Of a DNA stretch of 64,000 nt, positions 46,851 through 59,779 are shown piece by piece. How positions within the stretch are numbered: the first letter of the stretch is position 1; each line of letters starts with the position of its first letter. Location: contig LSRY02000015.1 in the NCBI GenBank assembly GCA_001643675.2, positions 558,001 through 622,000 on the forward strand. Direction: 5' to 3'. The notes beneath the pieces are model-generated. The model made no database searches, had not been told where the DNA came from, and saw only the letters and a list, made by a program, of their open reading frames with translations. The translations under genes were made by a program, and so were the position numbers. Source of the DNA: Monocercomonoides exilis PA203. Its lineage: Eukaryota > Protista > Preaxostyla.

Positions 46851-48349
46851 GGCAAATGGTACTTATAAGCCACCTCACAAATCTTCATAAAACAAAGAAA
46901 TAATCAAAGAGAGCAGTTGTTTTTTAATTTTAAGAAGAATGATAAGTGGAAATATCTGTATTTATTTATCAGCCTCCCATTCAGATGCATCAGCTCCATC
47001 CCCAGCCCCATCTGATGATGTATCTGTTTCAAGTCCATAATCTGACTCTGAAGATTCTTCTTCGAGTGACTTTTCAGCTCCAGCCTCTTCTTCCTCTTCT
47101 TCTGGACCAAAAACTTCATCCTCAAGAACTTTGTATTCTTCATCAGTGTATTTCATCATATTCGACACAAAAATGGAAAAATCAACTTTTCGATTTCTGA
47201 AAAACAAAAATGAATAGATAAATTCTTGCATTCTATTAATTCTCTCTCCATGTGAAGGCATGAACTAACGAAGTGCAGCCCACAATGCTTCAATATGATT
47301 TGTGCAAGAACCGGTAATTGGATCTGAATAAGTGAGGAATAACATTTCATGAAAAAAAGACAATAAAATGAGAAAATGAAAACCTACGAAATGCTCGGAA
47401 TGATTGACAGTCTTGTGTGTGAATCCATTCTCACTCAAAGAAGAATATGCTTTCCATTGATCATAGCGAATTTCTGTTCCGGGACGAATATATTTTTTTA
47501 TCAACGGAATTAATACTGAAGCAGATCTGTTTACCACTGGGTAAACAAATGCTTTTCCTCCACGTTTAAGTGCTCCAAAAAACCATATTTGCTTCTTTGC
47601 GCTGCCTGACGAAAAAATTGCATTTAATAATCAAGTTTCAAAGAAAAAGAATAATTATCTCTTTTTCATTTTCGCTTTCTCCAAATGGCTTCTTCAATTT
47701 CAATAATGCGGCTAGGAGCTCTTATTGGAGTAAAAATTCCTCCAATCATCTGAGCACATGTTCTCCGACAAATACAATAATAATAAGAAACATTGTGTCT
47801 TTTGCATGAAGTTAGAGATGATGTTTGTTTAATATTGAGATGATGGTATAAGAAGAAAATGATTAAATAAGTTTGAATATTATTGGCTTCAATTTTCAAA
47901 ATAAAGATCCTGTCCTAAAAGAAACTTCTTTTCTGCATTTGACGAATATTGGGAACCGTTCACCTTAACTTCCTTAAATAAAAATCATGAATGAACAACA
48001 ATTTGCAATAGGGCATCTTCTTGCAGTGTTAACTACATTGTCGTGAAGCCATTACATGGTTTCTCCATTATCGCAAAAAATCTTCAAAAAATTCTGTTTT
48101 TCTTCCATCAAACGATTAAATGTTTGACATTCATTAATGTTTTTGGAAAAATATGTATTCTCACAAATATTAAAACCGACAATTTTGTGCACAAATATGT
48201 TGTATTTTTTATGGGTTGATCAAATTTTTTACAAGAAAATCTGATTTTAACACTAATAAACGATTGAATTATCTTTTCAAATGTGGCTTAAACAAATAAT
48301 CAAAACATGATCTTAAATTTGGAAAGGTGGCGTTTAAGAACCATATGCC
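46851..48349 (-). mobile_element. Merlin (IS1016/IS1595-like) DNA transposon with both ends
   Basis: TIRs GGCAAATGGTACTTATAAGCCACCT and the reverse complement GGCATATGGTTCTTAAACGCCACCT; perfect 8-bp TSD CAAATAAA (46843-46850, 48350-48357); internal DDE_IS1595-type transposase. Confidence 0.92.
46962..48108 (-). pseudogene. Decayed Merlin transposase with intron(s)
   Basis: CRKEVSFRTGSLF, IEIEEAIWRKRK, QIWFFGAL, VNRSASVLIPLIKKYIRPGTEIRYDQWKAY, HKTVNHSEHFV-DPITGSCTNHIEALW; several in-frame stops and frameshifts. Confidence 0.85.
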
Positions 48350-48405
48350 CAAATAAATTTCGTAGAACACAAAATGAAGACACAGATTGGTTTGTTTCAT
48401 TCATT

Positions 48406-48580
<175 letters not shown>

Positions 48581-48581
48581 T

Positions 48582-48817
48582 GGGTAATTTTTTTTGAAAA
48601 GTCGCAAACGTTTAATTTTCAAATAAATCAAAAATTCCATATTTTGCTCAAATTTTTGTTGGCATAGACCAAACTTCACTTTTTCAGAATCCATTTCTGG
48701 ATAATGCTGTTTCACACATTCAGAAAAAAATTAGTGAGTGGAAACAGAAATTTGAGCATATGATGAAAAAATTTTTTTATTTGAAAATTAAACGTTTGCG
48801 ACTTTTCAAAAAAACAC
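48582..48817. mobile_element. Diverged second copy of the 2317-2556 MITE
   Basis: GGGTAATTTTTTTTGAAAAGTCGCAAACGTTTAATTTTCAAATAAATC...ATTTGAAAATTAAACGTTTGCGACTTTTCAAAAA; shares the internal CAAACTTCAC motif and has a similar length. Confidence 0.8.
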
Positions 48818-48842
48818 AAATAAAATAAAATTAAAAACATAA

Positions 48843-48877
<35 letters not shown>

Positions 48878-49089
48878 AAATTCGAAAATTTGTTAATGTT
48901 AGTTTTGTGAATCAAAAGATAAATACAGTCTTTAAGATTAAAAGGATTCCATCAATAATTATGAAATTCAGTGAAGCAATTTCAAACAAATCGAAATTCA
49001 TGATATATATAATGTTATTTTGTTCGTTTTGTCCGAGTATTTTTTCCATTTGATTTTTTTCACTGAAAAAAGTGAAAATTAATTATTTT

Positions 49090-49790
49090 GTTTTGTTTTA
49101 TCATCTTGCATCAAAATTTGTTCAAGATCGAAATAAATTATTCGAAATCGGAAAACTTTAATTCGAAATCGAAAAAGAAGTCAATTTGTTCAAAATTTCT
49201 ATTCAAGTCAAGACCAAGGAAATCACATTGTCACAAATGTTGTTTATAACAAATGTTTATTAATTGGAAATGTTTTTCTTTCATTTTTAACAACTGTTTT
49301 CTATAATATTGACTTATATCAATTGATCTTTTTCTCATTTTCAAGATTGAAAATGTTTTATTTTTCTGTTTCCAATGTGATATGTGAAATTCAAAACATT
49401 TCGCTTTCATTATATAAGATAAATTTCTGTCTTTTTGTGCACAAAACAAGATCATGAACTATCCTATCTCTTTTATTTTGTTCATAAATTCATTATAATC
49501 TCCTGAACACATGTGAAGAGTTTAATTATTTCTCAGATTTATCCTATTAACACTATTTCACACAATCAAACACCAAAAAAACATCATAAATAATTTTTCA
49601 AATTGAAATAGATAAATTCCTCAGGTCATTCACTGAACGAAAAGAAACTGACATTAGCATTAATGAAAAAATTTTTTCAAATTTTTTTATGATGAAGCAT
49701 TTTCGATGTTGTATTACATATTTTCGACTTCGAATTAAACTTTTTCGATCTTGAATAATTTTTGGTGTATTGGATAAAACTTAAATATTA
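49090..49790. repeat. Degenerate inverted repeat pair, possible old non-autonomous element
   Basis: TTCAAGATCGAAA...TTTAATTCGAAATCGAAAA (~49120-49175) is inverted relative to TTTTCGACTTCGAATTAAACTTTTTCGATCTTGAA (~49721-49755). Confidence 0.4.
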
Positions 49791-50396
49791 CTTCTGGAAA
49801 CAAAAAAAAAGTTGCTAAACTAATGTTTGAAATGCAAATATATAATAAATGATGAATATATATGTTTGTGAAGTACATCACTTCTGAAAATAACACAACT
49901 GTGGTATGAAAAAAAGCAGAGCAAGAAAAATGACTGATTAATAAATATCAACAGGCTTTTCAAAAATAAGATTCACAAAGAAATTCAAAACAAACTGGTG
50001 AATGATGTGAATAAACAAAAAACAGATGATAAAAATAATGAATATTGCTGGATAATGAACAAAAAGCTTGATATCACAAAAAAAATCTGATTCCTTCAAA
50101 TAAAACAATTTCTAATAAATAACAAACAGAAAAAAATTGGAATACAAAATAAATGCAAATGCAAATGCAAACAAAAGTGGATGCACAGCAGCGGAAGATG
50201 CTGCTGATTTCACAAATAAAACACAAAACAGGGAGATACAAAAATCTTTTAAAGATTCAGGATTTAAAAAAGTCTTCATTTCCTTTTTCCATTTCCTTCT
50301 CAGCTCGATTGAGTGCTTTTCGAATTGTTTGAATGATTATCATTTGATGGATTCTTTGTTTGAGCTGTTTTCTTCCTCTATTGCACTTGTTTTCGC

Positions 50397-53300
50397 TCAT
50401 CTGTCTGTTGTGCTTATCTGGCAGCTTCCATCTTGTTCTGAGTCTTCGATATATATCACTGCATCTGACATCGTGAGCATCACTGCTCCTTCCGGAAATC
50501 GCTGGATGAACTCGCGCTTCAGACCTTGAAGAGACAGCCGCTTTTCAGACTCTGATGACAGGCACGACAGAATCATGGGCAACAGCATCGACTCTTCTGC
50601 CTCCTTCATGCTTGGCCTCTCTCCATTCACAATCTTCTGCCCTGCCACCTCTGCCTCATACTCCCCAAATGGGATTTGAAGGGTCAGGCACTCCCACAGC
50701 ATCATCCCAATCGAGAATGACACAGACTCCTTTGTTGCTCCCATCTTCTTGTTCATCTGCAGCTCAGGCGCCTTCCACCTCAGACACTCTTTTTTGAAAC
50801 TGTCTTCATCCTCAAAGGCAGACGAGGGCAGAGAGTCATCATCATCATCATTGCCACTGGCAGATGTCACAACAGTTGATGGTGAGATGGATGACGAATC
50901 AGAATCATCATCGGACAATAAGTCTGAATGCATCACAATGCAGATCACCATGTGTTCGGAGAACAATACAATGTGCGGACTCAGGTTCGGCAAAGAGGGA
51001 AGATCATCTTCCTCATCTTCAAATGAGTGCAGTGCCAGATTTGCCACCCAGAACAGGATCTGGGCAGCTGTATGTTCTCTTTCTTTCAATGTGCCAATAG
51101 GCATCTCCTTCTTCTCATTTCTTCCATGAAGCAACATGAACAGCGAATCTCTCAGATCCACAATCAGCTTCTCATGAGGAGATGAACATGCCATTGCATC
51201 CACCAGATTCGACATGGATGAAGTTGTTGGGCACAAATCTTCCCCTCGAACAAATGTGGAATCTGAATCAGTTGAACATGTTGATGAAATTGATGGAGAA
51301 GGAGTCTGTTTTCTTATTTCCTCTTCTTCAACCTTCTCCAGCATCCATTCTGGGATCTTGTCTGAATCTCTTCCAAGGATGTATTCTGTTGAGCCACTCT
51401 CAGAGAGAAGATGCTCTGATGACTCTGAGTGTCCCAAACTTTTCTCGTATACTCTCTTCTTCATTCTTTCTTCATTCTTCTTCTCTGCCTCCTTCTCTGC
51501 TCTCCTCCACTGTGCCTCTGGTGACATCTCCATCGTCACCATCTCAAACGCCTTTGGATCTTTTCTGATATTATCGTTCACAATCTCTTCCAATTCTTCT
51601 GTTCTTCTCTTTTGTTTCCTCCATCGAACAATGAATATTATCGACACAATTAATAGCACTACAACAATCACAATGCAAACAATTAATAACCAATACGATT
51701 TCCCTTCTTTTCCTCCTTCAACAATCCTTTCATCTCCATTAACCTTGGGCTCGCTTCTGTTCTTCACAATGAAAGAATCAGTTGATGATTGCTTGTCAGC
51801 ATCTCCAAACAGAATGCTCACTCTCACCTCTGCCTCATCTCCAACCTCACTTATCATCTCCCTTGACACCTTCCCTCCAACTTCTGTCTCAGACACAAAT
51901 CCACTCTCATCAAATTCGTATCTTTCAATCTGCTTTTCATCGCCCATCTGTTTCACAACCATGAATGACAAGTTACATGGGAGAAGAAGCTTCCCTTTGA
52001 ACACAACCTCCACTTCTTCTCCTTCTTCCCTTGTTTCAACACTCTCCAACACTGGAATGAAAAATGATGACGCTCTCTCTGAAACAATCCCTTCGATTAG
52101 ACATCCATTATTCAAAATCCACATCGATATGTCTGGGAAAACTCCATCTCCTCCTTTCAAACTGGAAACAGTCAATGAAGCAGAGTCAGAGCAGATGATA
52201 TTTCTTCGAAGAGATGGATATTTTTCAATGAATGGATTGTTGTTTGCCATCATTCCCATCTCAATAACAACCTTTCCTCCTTTTATCGATATTCCTCCTT
52301 TCGATGAATTTTCCATCCTTATTTCTTTTGTATGTGTATTGGAGTTTTCCAGGTGAACAAGTGATCCATTCCATGTGCATGTCTCATCAAATGCATTATT
52401 TCTCTTCCTCTCATTTTCACTTTCTTTCAAAATTAACCCTTCAAACTCACACATGTTCATGAGAACATCCTTCGTATTGTTCATCTCCATCATGCTTCCT
52501 TTGCTTGACGGAGAATTACAGTTTGAGCAGGAACAGTTTGAAAGAACAATTTGAGCAGAAGTTGAAGAAGCGGAAAGAACAGAAGCCCCATCTGAATTCC
52601 TCTAGCAGTTCTTGAATGAGGAGCTTCCAACTGAAACACTTCCCGAAGCTGAACTGCCAATCGAAAGGATGCAACCTTCAGACAACTTCACTCCATCTGC
52701 ATCAATTCCATTCATCACAACACTTCCACATTGCCCAATCTCAACAACATTTCTTGTTGATTCAATCTGTTCCAGCTTCATATTTGTCATCGAAATCTCT
52801 TCCCCACAAAACTGAAAGAATGGTTTCTTGAACGAAATCATTGATATTGAGCAGTTGTCAACATGCATAATCCCTTTTGCAATGCTCAGCAAGGTCGAGT
52901 TGAGAACAACAGAAGGTTGGCTGTTGTTTGACTCCCCAACAGAAGAGAAATCAACAAATAAAAGAGAAAGCTGCCCACTTGCTTCATGGATAATAGAGCT
53001 GCCTGAATATGAAAACGATTGATCAAAGTTGAATTTCACACTCTCAATCCGAACTTTCTCGGAAGTTGTGAGAAGACTGCCCTCATTTCCAGAAATTGTT
53101 GAGTTCAGATGCACCAAAGCAGTTGAGGGAGATTCAAGTGAGCGGATGATCACATCATGTACATCACATTCCCCATTGATGATTGTCTCCTCTGAGATCA
53201 ACAGCTGCGAATATGATGAAGGAATGATGTGTTGAACTCCAACATCCAATGAGTGGCATGGAGCACTCAACTCTCCACATTGCTTGCTATCTCCGTGGTT

Positions 53301-56300
53301 GCCTGTTGCTGAAGAAACAAATATCGTCTCGCTCTGATATTTCACAACCCTCAGCAGAAGATCCTCTTCCCCAACAAATGAGTCTGTTGTGGCACCCCAT
53401 ATTGCAAGATCCTTCACGAACGGTGTTCTGAAATCCAAAAGGAATTGCTCATCAACAATCTGTTTTTCGATTGAATGGCATCGAACATACACATCTCTCC
53501 CTCTGAACGCAGAGTTGTCTCTGAATGTGATATTCGACAGAATAAAGTTCAGAGGCTGCTCAACCACCGAGGTGCATTCCAGAAACAGCCACCCGCCTCT
53601 TCCTGTTGTGGAACAGAAGCATTCAGAAATCGTGCAAAATGAGCAGTCAAACTTTCCTCCCTCATTCAGCACACAAAACATCCCTCCTCCCTTTCCACAC
53701 CTTGTTCCTCCACACTTCTTCATCGTTGTGTTTCGAATCACCATTTTCAATGGCTCATCATCATTGTCATTTCGAATAACGGGAATATCATCTGTTGTGT
53801 TCTGTGTGACTTCTTCGAAAATGCTCCATTCAATAACAACATCTTGTTCTTCTTCATTGTTTTCTTTTCTTGAGCTCTTTGATATCCTCAACCCGCTTGA
53901 TCCATCTAGCTCAACATTTTTCATTGTCAAGTTCTTAATGTTCAGAATCGTTGAAGATAATACAGAAATGACATCTTTTGAAATAGATAGCGATTGCATT
54001 GATACAAATTCCAATACAACTGTGCCTCCATCTGCTTTGATCAGTCCAAACATAATCGTGTCTTCTCTGCTTTCTTCATTTTTTGAGAATGAACATTCTT
54101 TCAGAGTCAACAGTCCATCACTTGATCCAACATGCATCAAATAACTGACTCCACCTGTGAATGAAGATGGAATCGCAAACATAATCAGTTCGAAATTTGT
54201 AACACCCTGAATCTTCATTGCTGCTCCTTCTGCTCCTTCAAGTGATGAGAGACATTCCAAAGAGCACACTTCTTCATTATCCGATTTCACTGATATTCCA
54301 CTCACATCAACACATTTTTTTAGAATTCCTTTTCCAATGATGTTAAAATTTCTTTCATTTCCTTCAAGTATTCGCTCCAGGGAATAATCAATTGATAGAC
54401 AAGGATAATCTGAGAATCCGCAAGCACCCATGTCCCTTCCATCGCCTCCAACAAATATCTCTGATCCAAGTGCGACCCAGAAATACACCAATGGAATAGC
54501 ATTCGTTGTATCATTCCCATCAAACCCTCTCATAGAATCCAACGAAATATCTGACAGATTCTCAGAAACAAATGGAAGAGAGGTGTTTGTGATGCTCTTC
54601 GTCAAGTTGAATGCTTCAACAAACAGGTCATTTCCATATTTCGCAACATTTGGCTTGTCTTTATCGAAAATAGGTGATGAGATCACAAATGAAGAATGGT
54701 CATCGATCAACTTCAGTGCCATCCCTCCCCCAAAGCCAGTCTTCTCTTCTTCTCCAGCTGGTGCTGTGCATCCTGTGAATGTGCATGATGTGATATTCAT
54801 TTGAATATTCCCTTTCAACTGCGCATTGATTGCACCTCCTTTGCTTTCATCATCCAGCACGGAGCATTCATCAAAAACACATTCTTCAATATTTATTTCT
54901 CCATTTGAATTTTCATCGTTGCTGTTATCGATGCTCACACAGCCTCCACTTCCAGCTGCTCTTTCGATTTCTGTGAAATTGCAGTTCGTCATGTTCAACC
55001 ACTTAGTATTCATCAACTCGGTATTTATTCCACTTCCAGACAAAGAGATCAATGGATTTCCATTCAAAGCGATTGATGAAGCAGAAAACGATTCAACGGT
55101 CAATGTCCCGTACTCAACAGATAAGAATAGATACGCTAATTCCGATGAATGATCTTGAAGGGAAATGGAGCAATGAGACAAAGTCAGTTGTGAAGATGAA
55201 GAAATAAAAGTGGAGTGTAGAGGAAGGGAAGATGGAAGAGAAAAGATTAGTTTTGATAATTCTGTTTCAACACTTGCTGTTATCAAAGCTGAATCGGATG
55301 TTTCACTTGTTTCAGAGACTGTCCAGCCACTTTGCTCATCATCTCCTTTGATTTCATGTTTCTTTTCTTCAAATGCCAATTCATCGCTCATCATAATCAT
55401 TCCACTCACAACAACTTTCTTTGTTCCTGTTTGATGTTTGACGGAGTGCTTCATTGTCAAACAAGGGAATTGGACAATTCCACAATGAGAATGATCATAT
55501 GCCTCAATGTTGCTCACATAAATTTCTTCTGGGGTGGGAAGGAGATAGATGCACAGAGGGATCGCCAAACTCGTGTTTCCATTGTCATATCCTCTCACCT
55601 TGTCAAAAGAATCCAGTGAAGCTGTCAATGAAGCGATTTTCCTGCTTTTAGCTGTTGACTCCAAATTGATCGAGTCAACAAAAATGTCACTTCCCCATTT
55701 GGCTCTGTTCCCTTCAAACCCTGATGAAATAAGAAATTCTGTACCTATGTCTTTCACTTTCAGCCCAATCCCTCCTCCTCTCCCTTGAGTAGTCGAGGCA
55801 TAACAGTTTCTCACAACACCTGCTTTCACACTCAATGAACCAACGTTCCCCATTTCAATCATCATCCCCCCTCCAAAATCAGAAGCTTCACTCCCACACC
55901 CATCAAGTGTGCATCCTTCAAGAGTTATTGAATGTGACCCTTCACCCACATTCATCAGCGATGATCCTGCTGTTGTTCTCACAATGTTGTTGAATGTGCA
56001 GTTATCCAGAGTCAACGAAACCGTTGCCTCCTGAGACACAGACATCACACTCGTGGTGATAAATGTTTGTCCCCATCTCACATCTTTCATCTTCAGTTCT
56101 CCCCCTTCCAGTTTCACAAGTGAGTTCTGCATGCTCCTCTCTTCTGAGTGATCTGCATCCATCGATATGTTCATTCTCTTCACATCCATCAACCCACTTC
56201 CCTGAACCTCAAACAGTCTGCTTCCTCGATTGTTTTCAAATGACGAGTTGTGGATCACCGACAGATCGCTCACACTCAACTCTCCTGTTCCAACACAAAA

Positions 56301-58040
56301 CAGACTCAGTCCATTTGTCTCAAATTGTGTTTCAATGGCTGAACCAGATGGCGAAACTCCATTCACAGAGATTGTTTTCTCTCCAATCTCAACTCCTTTG
56401 CCTTCCACAACTGTTCCACTCAACACCTTGATTTCTTCCACAAACCCCTCAATCATTTGGGAAAGACAATGGCTGATTGTGAGGCATGCACAGCTTTCAT
56501 TCAATCCACAGCTGAATGTGTCCTTCGCATTTGTCTGATTTTGAGTTGAAGCCACAAATCTGCATTTTCCTCCTTTATTGGGAAGCCACTCACTTTTATC
56601 TCCTCCTGCATAATATCTCACTCCTTCTGTTCTGGTTGAGAAACAGAAAGCAACTTGAGAATCTGTGGAGTTATCTGCAATATAAATATCATCTCCTTGA
56701 GGTGAACTATTATTATGGAAAAAGCAAAACCACAAAAGATTTCCGGTATGTCCTTTTGCTTGAATACTAACAGCTCCTCCTCGATAATCAGAATGGCACT
56801 CTTGAAAGAGGCAATTATGAACAACAATTTTATCAATTGCATCCCAGTTAATAAATGCTCCTCCATCTGAACTGCTTGAATTGTGCCCGCTGCAATTTAA
56901 GAATGAACAATCCAAAATGCAATCTTTTGCTTTTTTCGTTTGAATTGATATTATTGCCAATCCACCTCCATCATCTCCTGACCATCCATCTTTAAAAAGA
57001 CAATTTTCAATTACAGCCTGTTGATTTAAACCTCGAATTTCTGCTCCAGCCCCTCCGAAATGGTTTGATGCAACGCAATAGCACTCAATAAATGTGGAAT
57101 GATTCACTGTGCATTCAGCAATGTTTAATGCATATATTCCTCCGCCTCTTGTTGAAGTTGCATTGCATTTCACAAATGAGGAATTCTCAACTGTTAGCGT
57201 TGCACTTGAGTTGTCATGCACATACAGTGCACCACCACATGGAGCAGAGCATCCATTCCATTCAGCATTCTTATATGTCTGTGTTTGAGTTGTTGAATTT
57301 CTTTCTGTATTTCCCGCTCTCCAATCCACCCTTTCGTTGTGGAGGAATGTGCAATTGTTGCAGGAAAATGCAATGGATCCTTCTGCTCCACTCGCAATCC
57401 CTCCCTCCAGCACATTCATCGAACTTTCAACTCGGCAATCTTCCATTGAACTCATTTTCATCATCAACACTTTCTCAATTGACATTTCATCTGTCTCCAT
57501 GAATTTCATTGAGATGTTAGAAAAGGCACAGTTTTTGATTCCTTCAAATGACCCTTCTCCATTTCTCAAAATGCTTCCACTCCCACAAAACACAATGTTC
57601 TTCCACTCGCTGTTTCTCACTAACAATGATGCATCTTCTCCTTCCATCTTCACAAGACTTGTCATAACCCCACAATTATTATCATTTTTGTTATTCATTG
57701 ATGTATTTGTCATTTCACATGTTCCTTCATTGAAGACAAAATACCCATTGAAACCTCCTTTTCTCATCAACAGGCAGTCATCAAGGTGCAGGAATGATTT
57801 TGCTCGAATATCAAATACTGCACCATCATCTGCCTTTTCCAACATTATTTCCTTCAATTCGACTGAAGAATTGTGTATTTCACAGAACAGTCGAACAACA
57901 CTTCCCTGCTCCAAAATATGACTTTCAAACTGAGCAGGAATGTGATTAATGAGATGTACTTTCCTTTGTGCATCATTTCTATCTGTGCCACAAAATGTGA
58001 AACACAAACAATCAGCCAAAACAAAAAGAATCATTATCAT
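50397..58040 (-). pseudogene. Pmp-like beta-helix ectodomain, single TM, TKL-like pseudokinase receptor (~2547 codons) interrupted by one in-frame TAG at 52604-52602
   Basis: ORFs 52602-58040 and 50397-52493 share a frame and are joined by 36 sense codons. Signal peptide, GGA(I/L/V) and FxxN motifs, four D-x3-CG-x4/5-(P/A)C modules, TM YWLLIVCIVIVVVLLIVSIIFIVRWRK, and RWKAPE...FSIGMMLWECLTLQIPF...GERP. Confidence 0.85.
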
Positions 58041-58559
58041 GATAATTATTATGGGTCATAATTTTCCATATTTAATGAAATTTTCAAATTATTTTGAATA
58101 CCTTTCATTTTAATTCTTCCTGTTAACCTTTCATTTGTTAAATCGATGGTCATTTCAATTATTCTATCAAGAAATAATTTTATCATTTGGTTATTTTAGA
58201 TTGAAATTTTCTTTTTCACCACTATTGAATCACTTTGATTTCCATTTATTCTGTCTGAATGAGAAATGTTAACATCTTGAGGTCATTGTCAACGAAATAT
58301 TCTTCGTGGAGGAATTTCCTTTCAATGAAAAAAAAGAATAGCAATTTCAAAGATATTTTCATTAGAAATATTTAAAAATTAAAAAAAAAACGAACAATAT
58401 TTTCACAAACTATAAATGTTCTGAGAGAGATCTTAATTTGTTTGAGAAGTGCATTTGATTTTCATCAATAATTACATCACTTCAAAACCGTCCTCGTTTC
58501 ACAAACTTCATTTCAAATTCCTTTTAAAGAATATTTTTCTCACTTTTCTTTCTTCTTTT

Positions 58560-59513
58560 TCTATCATTTTTTTAAAACTTTGTTTATAAATCTTCATTAT
58601 TTCTTCTGAGTTGTTTTGTCAAATTTATTTCTGTTGTCTTCACTTTTTTTCCATATTTCTTTTTTTTCTCGAGCTTCATCTTCAAAGCGTTCAATATTTC
58701 AAAAAATTACTTCTGAATCATCAATGGTCTTCCAAGTTCAGAGCTAATTTTTCATTTTCACATTTTCTTCTTCCAATCTCCTTCATGATTCTTTGTTTAT
58801 GATTGTTTTGAAACAACAAGAAAAACATTTCATTTCGAGCTTCATTTCTTTTTTCGAAAAACAGTCATCTCTCTTCAATGAATCTTTCAGAAATAAAAAG
58901 AATTGCCCAACAGCATTGAATCAAATTCTTCATCACTTTTCCTGAAAGCCAAATGTCTTTTGATTCTTTTGACAATAACTTCAAAGTTTTTCATCAAAAA
59001 CAAAAGATTAATAAATATATGAAGCAATGAAGAAAATAATAAAAAAACATTCAATTTTGTTGGTGTAGCCATTGTTTCCAATGAGAAATGAGCTTTTCAT
59101 TCAGTTTTTGGGTAGAATGTGTCATTTGTCATCGCCTCCCCTTTCCCCAAGCGAACTTTGTCCATGGGTGCAAATCATAATTTTCAAGACACATGGCCAG
59201 AAAATTAATCCGTTTTATCTCCAAAGCGCTTTGGGTCAGACTCAATAAACGTTGTTTGTTCAAAAAAACTCCATAAAACTGAACTGTTTTAATTTCGAGA
59301 TAAAAATTGAGTATCGGCTTGAAAACAAAAAAGGAATATTAAATTCAAAACAAATAAAAGCTTTATTTGCTTTTCATTCCTTCAAAATCATCCTTTTCCT
59401 GCTTACAAAGGATATCTGACAGAGACCAAATAAAACTCTTTTGCATTCGAAGTAGAGCATGAATAAATATTGTTTGTTTATATATTCGCATCTGCTCGAC
59501 TCAACTTTGCCAT
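58560..59513 (-). pseudogene. Possible decayed intron-containing gene remnant
   Basis: ATG at 59513, a GTAAGC donor and TTTTCAAG acceptor, then charged protein-like stretches broken by many stops. No family recognised. Confidence 0.2.
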
Positions 59514-59779
59514 TGGACTGAAAAAAAGAATAAAATAAAAAATACAGGAAAAGAAGTTTTATTATGGTCCAGAATGATTATTTTATTTGTTTCAAATTTC
59601 AGAGAAACATCAACGAAAATATTGAAAATGGAAATTTGAATGTTAAAAAAAATATAATCAATCTTTTATATGACATTGGAATATTCTTTTCTCTCTCTTC
59701 TGCATCATCATCATCATCATCATCTTCTTCTTCTTCTTCTTCTTCTTCTTCCTCCTCCTCTTCTTCTTCTTCTTTTATT

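Noticed and set aside
51214-57921. Long + strand ORFs opposite the receptor gene
   Set aside because: Antisense frames of a coding sequence; no recognisable motifs.
59696-59773. Poly-Ser/poly-His ORFs beside the foldback element
   Set aside because: Isolated TCA/TCT microsatellite in AT-rich intergenic DNA with no supporting coding context.
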